Shown piece by piece: positions 41,575-51,252 of a stretch of DNA of 64,000 nt (position 1 is the first letter of the stretch; every line of letters begins with the position of its first letter). A program made the position numbers and the translations under genes. The notes beneath the pieces were generated by a model. The model ran no database searches and was not told where the DNA came from. It saw only the letters and a list, made by a program, of their open reading frames with translations. Origin of the DNA: Candidatus Bathyarchaeota archaeon (GTDB lineage: Archaea; Thermoproteota; Bathyarchaeia; Bathyarchaeales; Bathycorpusculaceae); NCBI GenBank assembly GCA_963832745.1, contig CAWHVC010000003.1:576001-640000 (forward strand), read 5' to 3'.

Positions 41575-42250
41575 CAATAGCAGTGTCTAAAGAGGGCACA
41601 CTATTTTCTAATTTTCCAATGCTTATACTTTTTACTCTTAATTCTCCGCAATATTTCATCTTTTTTTCTATGCCTTCAGCTATCAGTCGAATGTATATTT
41701 TTGAAATTAACTGATTAATAGAAATAGTAACAGATTTAGCGTTTTTAGGCATGATTATTATTCTTTCAAATATCTTGTTTTTTATGACGTTTTTCTCAGG
41801 GGCAATTTCATAAACGGAAAATTGTACTGCATGATTTGAGGGTTTACCTTTTGTGATAATGTTTCCAGTTTTTTCTAATTTCGTGACGTCTTCAATGTAA
41901 GTCAGTGATAGGTAGTAGGGAGAAATCCAGCTTGGGTCTTCACCTACGAATAATTTTGTTCTAGCTTTAGGTACTCCGTTTTCTATCCAAGGATAAATAG
42001 CATTATTGAATTTTGCGTATGCCTCGTTTAATTCTTTACCCTGCTCTATAGTGATGCCGAAACCCATTGTTTCTGAGTGTTTGGTTGGCGTATTAGACAA
42101 GATATATGGAGCCACAGAAACATTCATTTTTAGTCTGTTAAAATAAGCGTTCAGTCGTTCACCAACCACGATAACTGCAACTCCCCCAATAAAACCAAAA
42201 AAGCCTGCTATGATTTCGTTTGATGACATGATGCTTAGTTGCTTTCTCAT
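41549..42250 (-). CDS. Transposon passenger: hypothetical protein with N-terminal membrane anchor
   Basis: 233-aa AT-rich ORF inside the TIRs, convergent with the transposase. Confidence 0.7.
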   Translation of the reverse strand: MRKQLSIMSSNEIIAGFFGFIGGVAVIVVGERLNAYFNRLKMNVSVAPYILSNTPTKHSETMGFGITIEQGKELNEAYAKFNNAIYPWIENGVPKARTKLFVGEDPSWISPYYLSLTYIEDVTKLEKTGNIITKGKPSNHAVQFSVYEIAPEKNVIKNKIFERIIIMPKNAKSVTISINQLISKIYIRLIAEGIEKKMKYCGELRVKSISIGKLENSVPSLDTAIVNTIVYHE

Positions 42251-42377
42251 AATATTTAGATTTTACCAAATTAGTTCTAGCCGTGAATTTTAGGACAGCC
42301 AGCCCAACATACCCCCAAAACCTTTGAGCAGACGAAAAGTAACATGGAGAAGGTACAGACGAAGAGGTAACAGAACA

Positions 42378-42410
42378 CTGCATAGAACCACTATTTGGAT
42401 CCTAATAGGT
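42378..42410 (-). repeat. Dispersed intergenic repeat, copy C (part 2)
   Basis: CTATTTGGATCCTAATA (42391-42407) is identical to 5085-5101. Confidence 0.75.
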
Positions 42411-42536
42411 TGATATGAAAAGTAAAGCTGTAGTTGGGCGATTGGGTGTTTTCTGCTTTTTTTGCTTTTCAGTTGGCGAAAGTGGTTTTGGGCGAACTCT
42501 TAAATCTAAACGCTGTCAGTGCTTCTTTGAGACATT

Positions 42537-43769
42537 ATGCGACTCTCAATCGTTGCTGTTGTTATCACTGTTACACTTGTTTTCAGTGTATCCTTTTCAG
42601 GGTTCTTTTTGCATTCAGTTATTGCCTCAACAGTAAAGACAGACGAACAGCCTCTAACAAAACCCATGCTGCTTTGGAATTATACCGTAGGCACCCCCAT
42701 TCTTTCTCCAGTGGTTTCTAACGGTGTAGTTTACGTTTGCTCAAACACCGAAGTTTTTGCTTTCAACACACGTAACGGTTTGCAACTTTGGAAATCGGTT
42801 GTCCCTCAGTCAATAGTGGCGCCGCCTGCTATGTTCAATGATGTTCTGTATGTGGGTGGCTGGAACTATGTTTTAGCCTTAAACGTCAAAACTGGTGAGC
42901 AACTCTGGGTTTTCTCGCATACTAAAGGAGCCATTGATTATACTGCCCCTGTAGTTACAGACAATATTGTATATTTTGGTGCTCAATCAGACGGTTTTAC
43001 AGCCTTAAACGCGAAAAACGGTGCCCGATTGTGGTATTATCTTAAAGATGAGCAAGTTGGCAACTCTTTGCCTGTTTATTCAGCCCCTGACATATACGGC
43101 GGTAAAGTTATTTTTAGCTGCTCTGACGGCAATGTTTACGCATTAAACGCTACTAATGGTGAAAAGCTTTGGAATTATACAGTTGGCAAATTCGCTATAG
43201 CCTCTCCTACCGTAAACGATGAAGTAGTGTACGTTGGCTCAAATGACGGTTTTTATGCTATAACTGCTGTTAACGGTGAGCAATTGTGGAACTTTACTGG
43301 TCAATTGGTTTCATCGAAGCCCAGCATTAAGGACGGCATTGTTTACTTTGATTGCTATGATGGAACTCTCTACGCTTTGAACGCCACAAATGGTCAAGTA
43401 GTCTGGATTTTTAACGTTGCTTCCTATTTGAATTCAGGTTTACTTTTTTCTTCATCTCCAACCATTGACGAAAGCACGCTTTATGTCGGCTCAGGAAATG
43501 GAACCATTTATGCATTGGATGCTAAAAATGGCAGTAAGCTTTGGAACTTTACGGTCAGTGACGCCGCTTTATCGTCGCCTACAAAAGCAAACGGCGTACT
43601 ATGCATAACCTCTCAGGATGGCAATATTTACGCTTTACAAGTTTCATCGGTCCCAGTATCGCCTACGCCATCTCCATTGCATATTTCATTTTCGAACCCA
43701 ACGACAATCATATCTATAGCTGCATTGTTAATTGTCGCAGTAGCTTTGATAATATTTCAAAAAAAATAA
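42537..43769 (+). CDS. PQQ-like beta-propeller surface protein
   Basis: Repeated YALNA.NG..LW / SSP motifs, signal peptide, C-terminal TM helix. Confidence 0.92.
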   Translation: MRLSIVAVVITVTLVFSVSFSGFFLHSVIASTVKTDEQPLTKPMLLWNYTVGTPILSPVVSNGVVYVCSNTEVFAFNTRNGLQLWKSVVPQSIVAPPAMFNDVLYVGGWNYVLALNVKTGEQLWVFSHTKGAIDYTAPVVTDNIVYFGAQSDGFTALNAKNGARLWYYLKDEQVGNSLPVYSAPDIYGGKVIFSCSDGNVYALNATNGEKLWNYTVGKFAIASPTVNDEVVYVGSNDGFYAITAVNGEQLWNFTGQLVSSKPSIKDGIVYFDCYDGTLYALNATNGQVVWIFNVASYLNSGLLFSSSPTIDESTLYVGSGNGTIYALDAKNGSKLWNFTVSDAALSSPTKANGVLCITSQDGNIYALQVSSVPVSPTPSPLHISFSNPTTIISIAALLIVAVALIIFQKK

Positions 43770-43958
43770 AGCATCTAATTAATTAAACAATCCAACAGGT
43801 TTACCAGCTCCCATATTTGCTAATTTTTTCGGCAGGGAGCATTTTATAGGAATTTTTAAATCTTAAACATAGCAGTGCTTACTTTTGTATGCTACATTCC
43901 TGTTACCTTTTTAAAATGGAAATAGCTGGTGTCAAGCACAATAAGAGGTAAGATAGAA

Positions 43959-45230
43959 ATGAAATGTTGCGTTTTTTGGCGTTTTCTTTTCGTGTTTATG
44001 CTACTGGTTATCTTTTTAACGGTTCCAGTTCATGCTACTGAGTTTTGGAGCACTGTCACGTTAGACAAAAGCACGCCAGATCTAAATGACTATTGTCCTA
44101 TTGTCTTGGACTCTAACGGTTATCCCCAAATAGCTTATACTAGTAACAGTTTTGGCGTAATGTATGCAAGCTGGAACGGTTCAGCTTGGAAAACAGAAAA
44201 AGTTGCAGGCGGCTTCGTATATGACCTTAAGTTGGATTCAAAAAATAATCCGCACATCTTGATTGATGGCGCAGACAATGGTTTGCTATATAGTAGTTGG
44301 ACTGACTCAAACTGGGTAACTCAAACTGTAGATAAAGAAAGCAGTTATTTTGGGCGATACAGTTCACTTGCCATAGATTCAGCAGGAAACCCGCATGTAG
44401 CCTACACTGACAACAGCAAAGTTGTGAAATATGCAAGTTGGACGGGGGCAAACTGGGATATCCAAGCTGTCGATACTTCTCAATCAGAATACTCGCCTAG
44501 GGTTTCTGTGGCTATTGATAAAGAAGGGACTGTATACATAATGTACGGTTCATTATCAGATGTTAAGCTTGCAGTTTTTAACGGTACAAATTGGGTAACA
44601 CAAACAATCGTTTCAAACATGGATGGTTTAGGCAACCTTGTTTTAGACTCCAAAGGTAGCCCTCATTTCATTTATACTCACGACTACGGGCAAAACGGAG
44701 ACTACAATAACGTGATATTGTATGTAAGTTGGGTTGAGCAAACATGGCACATACAACAGGTCATATCAAACGTTAGTGTTGGCGGCATAGGCACAAGAGG
44801 TGGCTTTTTCACGATGGGCTCTTTGTCATTAGATTCCAATGACATACCACACATTGCTTATGTCACTTCATCTCCTGATGGTGCATACAATTGGGGTTTT
44901 CTGGCGTATGCAAGCCAAACTGGGCGTGACTGGAAAATTCAACGAGTAAACTCAACTATTGTTGCCCAATCATGCAACTTAGCAGTTGATGTTAAAGGCA
45001 ATCCCCACATCAGCTTTGTGGGAGTTATCCACGGGTCAGATGAGGAGCACCTGATAGACGCCTATTCTTGGATTGCCCCCGTCATGTACGCCACAACCAC
45101 CGAATCTGTGTACTCTTCTAATTTGTCTCTTGAAATCGTGCTCGTGCTGGTGATTGTAACTTTAGTAACCGTTTTTCTGGTCCTTTTGGTATTAATAAAA
45201 AGAAGGACAGCCCTGAAGGTACCTGAATGA
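43959..45230 (+). CDS. Membrane-anchored repeat (beta-propeller-like) surface protein
   Basis: Repeated LDS.G.PHI.Y...YASW.G..W units; signal peptide and C-terminal TM helix. Confidence 0.85.
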   Translation: MKCCVFWRFLFVFMLLVIFLTVPVHATEFWSTVTLDKSTPDLNDYCPIVLDSNGYPQIAYTSNSFGVMYASWNGSAWKTEKVAGGFVYDLKLDSKNNPHILIDGADNGLLYSSWTDSNWVTQTVDKESSYFGRYSSLAIDSAGNPHVAYTDNSKVVKYASWTGANWDIQAVDTSQSEYSPRVSVAIDKEGTVYIMYGSLSDVKLAVFNGTNWVTQTIVSNMDGLGNLVLDSKGSPHFIYTHDYGQNGDYNNVILYVSWVEQTWHIQQVISNVSVGGIGTRGGFFTMGSLSLDSNDIPHIAYVTSSPDGAYNWGFLAYASQTGRDWKIQRVNSTIVAQSCNLAVDVKGNPHISFVGVIHGSDEEHLIDAYSWIAPVMYATTTESVYSSNLSLEIVLVLVIVTLVTVFLVLLVLIKRRTALKVPE

Positions 45231-45274
45231 TTTTAGGCTCACAGCTCAGATAAAATCTTGAGAATAGCTTCCTT

Positions 45275-46132
45275 TTACCAGTTCATTTCTGCTTGGTAGA
45301 AGACTCTTCCTTGCCCATACTCGTAAGTAAACGCGTAAACCAATCCGTCAGCCCATCGTGCAATAACTGTTGCGTCACTATTCAAGTCAGCCAAGGCGTA
45401 GCACCCATAGGCGTCAATATGGTACACTGTTGTGCCGTTTTCAAGGTTTATTCCAAAGGGCTTGTCAACAACAAGGTTGGCGCTTCCGCCAGAGTTCGCG
45501 AATTGGCTGCTGCCAAACCAGTCGCTTAAGCCTGTGAGGTTTGTTCCCCCCGTGACGTATGGCCACATGTCTCTGCAGTACGTGGCGAAATAGCAGGGTG
45601 CGCCGCCAATGACAGCAACATTGCCACCGTTTGCCAAGTAATCTTTTACAAGTTGACTATGTTTAGGTTCCACAGCAAACCACGACTCAAAAATAACCAG
45701 GTCATACCCCTCAAGATTTTCAGGCACTTCGCCAGTACATGTTACATTAAAACCCAACTGCTCTAACAGGTTAACTGTAACATTCTTGATTTCTGACAGT
45801 TGACCTTCTCTCCACCATGGACCCCAAGTTGGGTCAGAAACATTATGAGCGCAAAAAGTGTCATACCAGTTGACGTAAAGTGCTCGACTGCCGTTGTTGG
45901 CTGCCCAAGTAATGCCTGCCGAAAACAGCGCCATTGATGGGTCTAAATCGGTTAACTGGAGAGTCGGCAAAGACGTAGGTGACGGCAGAATTGTTATGTT
46001 TGAGTTTACGTCTAAATCAGTCGGCGAGACATTCAGGGGCTCCTCTGGAGGGGAAGTCTGATTTAGTGCAGCATAAGCGCTTACAATTCCAGTGCTTGCC
46101 AGCAGCAAAGTTAAGATAACCAAAATTTTCAT
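45275..46132 (-). CDS. Secreted hypothetical protein, class I glutamine amidotransferase-like (ThuA-type) fold
   Basis: Signal peptide; LEGYDLVI, DYLANGG and YGQGRVFY motifs. Confidence 0.7.
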   Translation of the reverse strand: MKILVILTLLLASTGIVSAYAALNQTSPPEEPLNVSPTDLDVNSNITILPSPTSLPTLQLTDLDPSMALFSAGITWAANNGSRALYVNWYDTFCAHNVSDPTWGPWWREGQLSEIKNVTVNLLEQLGFNVTCTGEVPENLEGYDLVIFESWFAVEPKHSQLVKDYLANGGNVAVIGGAPCYFATYCRDMWPYVTGGTNLTGLSDWFGSSQFANSGGSANLVVDKPFGINLENGTTVYHIDAYGCYALADLNSDATVIARWADGLVYAFTYEYGQGRVFYQAEMNW

Positions 46133-46267
46133 GTGCGCTTCAATGTTTTTTGTGAACGCCAACTTTGTTATCTCCATTAAGAAAGGCGGGTTGTTTATGT
46201 ATAAAAGCTTGTCAGTCAAGATTTCTTGACTAAACAAACCTTTTCAGGTTTCAAAAATATTTGCAAA

Positions 46268-47035
46268 CTATACCATTGCTGAAGAGTCCCACAGGAACTG
46301 GAAGTATTCCCGGGCAAACCCAACTAGACCGATATGATTGCTCCAAATTACAAGGCTTGGTTTGTCTTCTCCCAGAAACAGCATGGCTTCCTTGCCGTCA
46401 ACAATTATGCCGCCGCCAAACATGTGGTCACGCAGACGGACCTCACTTATACCTCTGTATTTTTTAAGAAACGCCCAATCGTCACTGTTGCCTGCCGCCA
46501 TAAGTTGAATTTTAACGTTCTTTTTTAGGTTATTGAATAAGGGGTCAGCTAAACTGATTATGGGTTTGGCAAATTCGGGGGCTGCAACCACCATTTCTTT
46601 AGAAGTCATTTTAAGCATTTCATCAAGCTTAGCCAAAACCGCTTGCTGCCCTCGGAGAATTAGCATGTCAGGGCGTTCAACAATTTCCTGCTGCTCATAG
46701 AGCGGTTGAAGATTTTCGGCTATCATGTTCTCCCACATGGCGTATTTATCTTCAAGCCGAAGTTTAGTGAACCTCGCCGCTTCCAACGGTGGCACAGGGA
46801 AGTATTTGGTGGGTCGGCTTTCTCCACTTTTTATCCAGCCCTTCTCTTTTAGGGAGTTGAGAACTTCGTAGATTTTGCTGTAGGGTACTTTTGCTTTTTC
46901 ACTGATTTCCATTGCCGTCATTTCTCCGCCTTCAAGCAGCGCAGTATAAGCATCAATTTCATAGGCGTTTAGCCCCATCTCATGTAATGTATTACGCGTG
47001 TTCTCGTTAATTGTCAATGTTTTCCCCTCAATCAC
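46268..47035 (-). CDS. TrmB family transcriptional regulator
   Basis: GLNAYEIDAY...VPYSKIYEVLNSL.EKGW and C-terminal YFQFLW. Confidence 0.9.
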   Translation of the reverse strand: MIEGKTLTINENTRNTLHEMGLNAYEIDAYTALLEGGEMTAMEISEKAKVPYSKIYEVLNSLKEKGWIKSGESRPTKYFPVPPLEAARFTKLRLEDKYAMWENMIAENLQPLYEQQEIVERPDMLILRGQQAVLAKLDEMLKMTSKEMVVAAPEFAKPIISLADPLFNNLKKNVKIQLMAAGNSDDWAFLKKYRGISEVRLRDHMFGGGIIVDGKEAMLFLGEDKPSLVIWSNHIGLVGFAREYFQFLWDSSAMV

Positions 47036-47123
47036 CTTAGGAAAGTTCTGGAAACCTTATTATTGTTACTTTGATTCTTAAGGACTTCGACAAAACAGCT
47101 TACACGTTAGAAGGCACTTTAAA

Positions 47124-48614
47124 ATGAAAGATATCAAAACTACAAGAAGCATTTGTCCTGAATGCCTCCAACAGTTAGATGCAACAATTTACGAAGACAA
47201 CGGAAAAGTCTTCATTAAAAAAACCTGCCCCGAACACGGGCCATTTAATGAACTTTACTGGTCAGACTACGACCAATATGTGCGTGCAGAAAAATTCCGT
47301 TTTGACGGCGAGGGTATCGATAATCCTAGAACCGAGAAAAAAGGCGGTTGCCCCCTTGACTGTGGAATCTGTCCCGAACACAAATCCCATACTGCACTTG
47401 CAATTATCGACGTAACTAACAGGTGCAACTTAACCTGTCCAGTCTGTTTTGCAAACGCTTCAGCTGCAGGTTATGTTTATGAGCCAACAAAAGAGCAAAT
47501 TTATGGCATGCTGGAGAATCTGCGTGCTAACAAGCCTGTTCCTGCTACTGCACTACAGTTTTCAGGTGGAGAACCCACAATCCGAAAAGAACTGCCTGAT
47601 TTTATACGCAAAGCCAAAGAACTCGGTTTTAGCCACGTAGAAGTTAACACTAACGGTCTTCGTCTTTCTCAAAGCGTGGATTATGCTAAAGAACTTAAAG
47701 CTGCAGGTGTAAGCACAATTTATCTACAGTTTGATGGTTTAACCTCAGACGTTTACAAGTTCATTCGTGGCGTTGACCTTCTTGACATTAAAATGAAGGC
47801 TCTTGAGAACCTTCGTAAGGCTGGTATTGACAGTGTTGTTCTCGTAGTTACCTTGGTAAAAGGGGTGAACGACGGTCAACTGGGTGACATCATTAATTTT
47901 GCCGTTAAAAACTTTGACATAATAAGATGCGTCAACGTTCAACCAGTAAGCCTCTGCGGTCGTTTACCTGCAAAAGAACGCGAAAACATGCGCATTACCA
48001 TTACTGACTTTATGAAGAACGTTGAAGAACAAACAAACGGTGCAGTTAAAGCTTCAGACTTTTACCCAGTGCCCACTGTTGCCCCAATCTCAAAAGCCGT
48101 AGGTGCCTTAAAGGACCGCAGATACGTCGAATTTACTGCTCATCCCCACTGCGGCATGGCAACATACTTGCTTGTTGAAGACGGTAAAATCACGCCCATC
48201 ACCAAACTGGCTAACGTTGATAAATTCGTTGCAACAATGAACAAAGTTTACGAGCTCGCATCAAAAGGCAACAAGAACGAAGCCAAACTGCACTTAGTGG
48301 CTGCAATGCGTCATGTTAAACTTGGGTTCATGCGCAAATACGTTCTAGGCGTAATAACGAAAGGTGACTACAAATCCTTAGGTGACCTTCAAAGAAAATC
48401 CCTTCTGCTAACTTCAATGCACTTTATGGATCCATACAATTTTGACCTTGAACGTGTTGAACGTTGCCTAATTCACTATGCTGTTCCAGACGGCCGCATC
48501 ATACCTTTCTGCACAATGAACTCTATTCACCGTCAAGCTGTAGAAAAGAAACTTGGCGTTCCAATCAAAGAATGGAAAGAGCAGCATAAGGTTGAAATAA
48601 CTCAGCCATTCTAG
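47124..48614 (+). CDS. tes: Radical SAM tetraether lipid synthase (Tes/GDGT-MAS family)
   Basis: N-terminal CPEC...CPEH, GCPLDCGICPEH, CNLTCPVC, HPHCG and RCLIHY...IPFC; 496 aa. Confidence 0.85.
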   Translation: MKDIKTTRSICPECLQQLDATIYEDNGKVFIKKTCPEHGPFNELYWSDYDQYVRAEKFRFDGEGIDNPRTEKKGGCPLDCGICPEHKSHTALAIIDVTNRCNLTCPVCFANASAAGYVYEPTKEQIYGMLENLRANKPVPATALQFSGGEPTIRKELPDFIRKAKELGFSHVEVNTNGLRLSQSVDYAKELKAAGVSTIYLQFDGLTSDVYKFIRGVDLLDIKMKALENLRKAGIDSVVLVVTLVKGVNDGQLGDIINFAVKNFDIIRCVNVQPVSLCGRLPAKERENMRITITDFMKNVEEQTNGAVKASDFYPVPTVAPISKAVGALKDRRYVEFTAHPHCGMATYLLVEDGKITPITKLANVDKFVATMNKVYELASKGNKNEAKLHLVAAMRHVKLGFMRKYVLGVITKGDYKSLGDLQRKSLLLTSMHFMDPYNFDLERVERCLIHYAVPDGRIIPFCTMNSIHRQAVEKKLGVPIKEWKEQHKVEITQPF

Positions 48615-48649
48615 AAGTGGAGAAATACTCAAGTTAATTGGTGAAAGTA

Positions 48650-48982
48650 ATGGGCGGAAAAAAGAAGCTCGGCATTAAACAGATGGAAAAGCAGCAAGTG
48701 AAAACTGACGAAGACAAAGCTGCAAAAGACGCTAAAAAGAAAGAGAAAGCAGGACCTCCACGTGAAAAGAAGCAGTTAGCAATTTTGCCTCCAGACGTTA
48801 AAGACCAAAAAATTGTCTCTGAGGTTAAAAAGATGGGTGCCTTGACACCTTACGCTATTGCAACACGTTTTGGTGTACGTATTAGTGCAGCAAAAGACTT
48901 TCTTGAACAGCTTGAAGCAACTGGTCAAATCCAGCTTGTCTCGGGTAGTCACAACCTAAAAATATACAAAGCCGCAGCTTAA
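48650..48982 (+). CDS. rps25e: 30S ribosomal protein S25e
   Basis: MGGKKK...TPYAIA.RFGVRISAAK..L. Confidence 0.9.
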   Translation: MGGKKKLGIKQMEKQQVKTDEDKAAKDAKKKEKAGPPREKKQLAILPPDVKDQKIVSEVKKMGALTPYAIATRFGVRISAAKDFLEQLEATGQIQLVSGSHNLKIYKAAA

Positions 48983-49046
48983 AAACTGCGAAACTTTCTT
49001 AAATCTTCTTAACCATCTTAATTACTGACCAGTTCAAGGTAATATT

Positions 49047-49526
49047 ATGAGTTTTCCACAAAAACTGTATACCACCAAAGAAGTTTGTGCCGCCAAAGAA
49101 TTAATCAACAGTGGCTACAAACATGAATTGTCTGTGGATGGCACTGAGGATTTTAAAGCAAAAGTAAACCAGGCATTAGAGCACCTAAAAACCGCTGGAT
49201 ACTATGACTTCTTTAGAACCTACATTAAAGAAATAACAGAAATCGACGGTATATCACAGTTAAGAGAAACAGAAGTCTCAATTTGGGCTAACCAGTACGC
49301 CGTAGATAATCCTGTGGATGCTGCCAGTTTGCTTGTTCAGAAAGCGTATAGCATGAAAGAGTATCTTGACGGTGAACTTTACTATGGAGGAAACGCAGAG
49401 AAACGCTCTGTAGTGAAACGTGTAGAGTTTTTGCAGGCGTTAAAAGAAAAAACTGCTGACTCCGCCGTTAAGGAAGAGTGTCAGCGACTACTTGACTTGT
49501 GGTCTGAAAGCTCATTGTCCTTCTAA
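49047..49526 (+). CDS. Conserved hypothetical protein
   Basis: 159-aa ORF with host-like codon usage. Confidence 0.75.
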   Translation: MSFPQKLYTTKEVCAAKELINSGYKHELSVDGTEDFKAKVNQALEHLKTAGYYDFFRTYIKEITEIDGISQLRETEVSIWANQYAVDNPVDAASLLVQKAYSMKEYLDGELYYGGNAEKRSVVKRVEFLQALKEKTADSAVKEECQRLLDLWSESSLSF

Positions 49527-49934
49527 GGACGAGCTTTCTGAGTTTACGTTACTTGGTAGTAACTCAATTTTTATTGCTGTTCCACTTTTTGCGGTTTTGA
49601 ACAGTTCAAGGTTTTTAGTGATTGTACCAAGGATGCTTACTGGACTGTAGGGTTGGGATTTGCCGTAAAACACGCATAAAGCGCTGCCCATAGGCCAAAA
49701 AGCGATGGTGCCGGTTTCTACAGTTGGTTTCGCTTTTTCCTCGCCCATTTTGATTGGGATTTCAAAGTAGATTTCTTCTTTGTAGAGGGCGATTCTGCTT
49801 ACAATGGGCAGTTTTCTTGTAATCATATCGATGGTCCTTGGTGCTTTGAACCTGACAAGTTCGCCTTCTGCTTCACCTAAACCTTCAAGGATAAATTTTA
49901 TTCTTATGCGAGAGATATCTTCTTCAGCACTCAA
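49512..49934 (-). CDS. Cyclophilin-like fold protein (DUF369-type)
   Basis: EIYFEIP and GTIAFWPMGSALCVFYG motifs. Confidence 0.85.
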   Translation of the reverse strand: MSAEEDISRIRIKFILEGLGEAEGELVRFKAPRTIDMITRKLPIVSRIALYKEEIYFEIPIKMGEEKAKPTVETGTIAFWPMGSALCVFYGKSQPYSPVSILGTITKNLELFKTAKSGTAIKIELLPSNVNSESSSLEGQ

Positions 49935-50077
49935 ATTTAACGCCTCAAGAGAAAATCATCCAACATTTTCTTGGAGAATAGTATAGTGATACTCGAGAAG
50001 AATATTTAACTCTTACAGTAAAAACAGCACTTCAATAACAAAAGAAACAAAAAGGTAAAAGGCAAGAAAAAAAGCCG

Positions 50078-51181
50078 TTAAAGTAACGCCAAAAGTGTCT
50101 TGCCAATGTACTCGATTTGCTCGCTTGATACGTTAGGGTGAACAGGTAAACTGAACACTTGTTTTGAAGCTTTCTCGGTTTCGGGTAATTTACATTCGCC
50201 AAAATTGTCACTGTAAAACTCCATCGTATGAACAGGATTAACGTAGTATGCTTCGGCACCGATTTCTTTTTGCTTCAACTCTTTAAGTAGTAAGTTTCGT
50301 TCCTCTTCAGTGCCATCTACCAGCTTTACCGTGTAAAGGTACCAGCTGTGACGGTTCGCTTCTGTTTCAGTTGGCAGTTTAAGACGCTTGGACTTTTGAA
50401 GAATGCTTGTAAGTTGCTGAGCATTTTGGCGACGTTTAGCAACAAACGAAGGCAGCTTTTCCAGTTGCACTATGCCTATGGCAGCTTCAAGTTCTGGCAT
50501 GCGGTAATTGTTTCCCATCAGAACAGACGTGTATTTTGCTTTTTCCCCATGATTCCGAATCAACCGTAATGTCTCGTCAATCTTATCATCGTTAGTTGTT
50601 ACCATGCCGCCTTCACCAGTAGTCATGTTTTTGCTTGCATACAAACTCCAACAGGCAGCATCTGAAAAAGACCCAGCCGGTTTACCCTGATAAGTTGCGC
50701 CGTGAGCCTGAGCTGCGTCTTCAATTAATGCCAACCCGTGTTTTTCAGCAATTTCTCTTAACGGTTTCATGTCTGCTGAGTAACCATACAAGTCAACAGG
50801 CAAAATGGCTTTTGTTTTGCTGGTTACTGCTTTCTCAACATCTTTTGGCGAGAGCGTGTAGGTTTCAGGGTCAATGTCAGCGAAAACAGGTTTTGCTCCC
50901 GCGAAAACAACAGATTCAGCTGTGGCAACAAAAGTGAAGCTTGGAACAATAACTTCGTCACCCTGCCTGACTCCGACTGCCAATAATGCAGCGTTTAAAG
51001 CGGCTGTTCCATTGTTAACTGCAACCGCGTGTTTAACACCTGCAAATTTAGCGTAGTTTCTTTCGAACTCTAACACTTTGGGGCCTTGACCTAAAGCGTT
51101 GGTTAAGGGTCCTTTGCGCATAACTTCTAAGGCTGCTTGGGCTTCTTCTTCCCCAGTTTTAGGCATGTTAATCGGAATCAC
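50078..51181 (-). CDS. DegT/DnrJ/EryC1/StrS PLP-dependent aminotransferase
   Basis: NNGTAAL, IEDAAQAHGA, SKNMTTGEGG and LPVHP motifs. Confidence 0.95.
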   Translation of the reverse strand: MIPINMPKTGEEEAQAALEVMRKGPLTNALGQGPKVLEFERNYAKFAGVKHAVAVNNGTAALNAALLAVGVRQGDEVIVPSFTFVATAESVVFAGAKPVFADIDPETYTLSPKDVEKAVTSKTKAILPVDLYGYSADMKPLREIAEKHGLALIEDAAQAHGATYQGKPAGSFSDAACWSLYASKNMTTGEGGMVTTNDDKIDETLRLIRNHGEKAKYTSVLMGNNYRMPELEAAIGIVQLEKLPSFVAKRRQNAQQLTSILQKSKRLKLPTETEANRHSWYLYTVKLVDGTEEERNLLLKELKQKEIGAEAYYVNPVHTMEFYSDNFGECKLPETEKASKQVFSLPVHPNVSSEQIEYIGKTLLALL

Positions 51182-51252
51182 TTTTAAGTCACCAATTTTG
51201 GGAAAAGGAGAAGGCAGGATTCCTATTTTAGGATTTCACAAGACCGCCGGTT

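Larger units (their letters stand above)
39313..42377 (+). mobile_element. IS6-family transposon carrying passenger genes (3,065 bp)
   Basis: TIRs GGTTCTGTTTCC.../TGTTCTGTTACC... (19/23), inner IRs 19/21, exact 8-bp direct repeat CTGCATAG at 39305-39312 and 42378-42385, DDE transposase inside. Confidence 0.93.
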
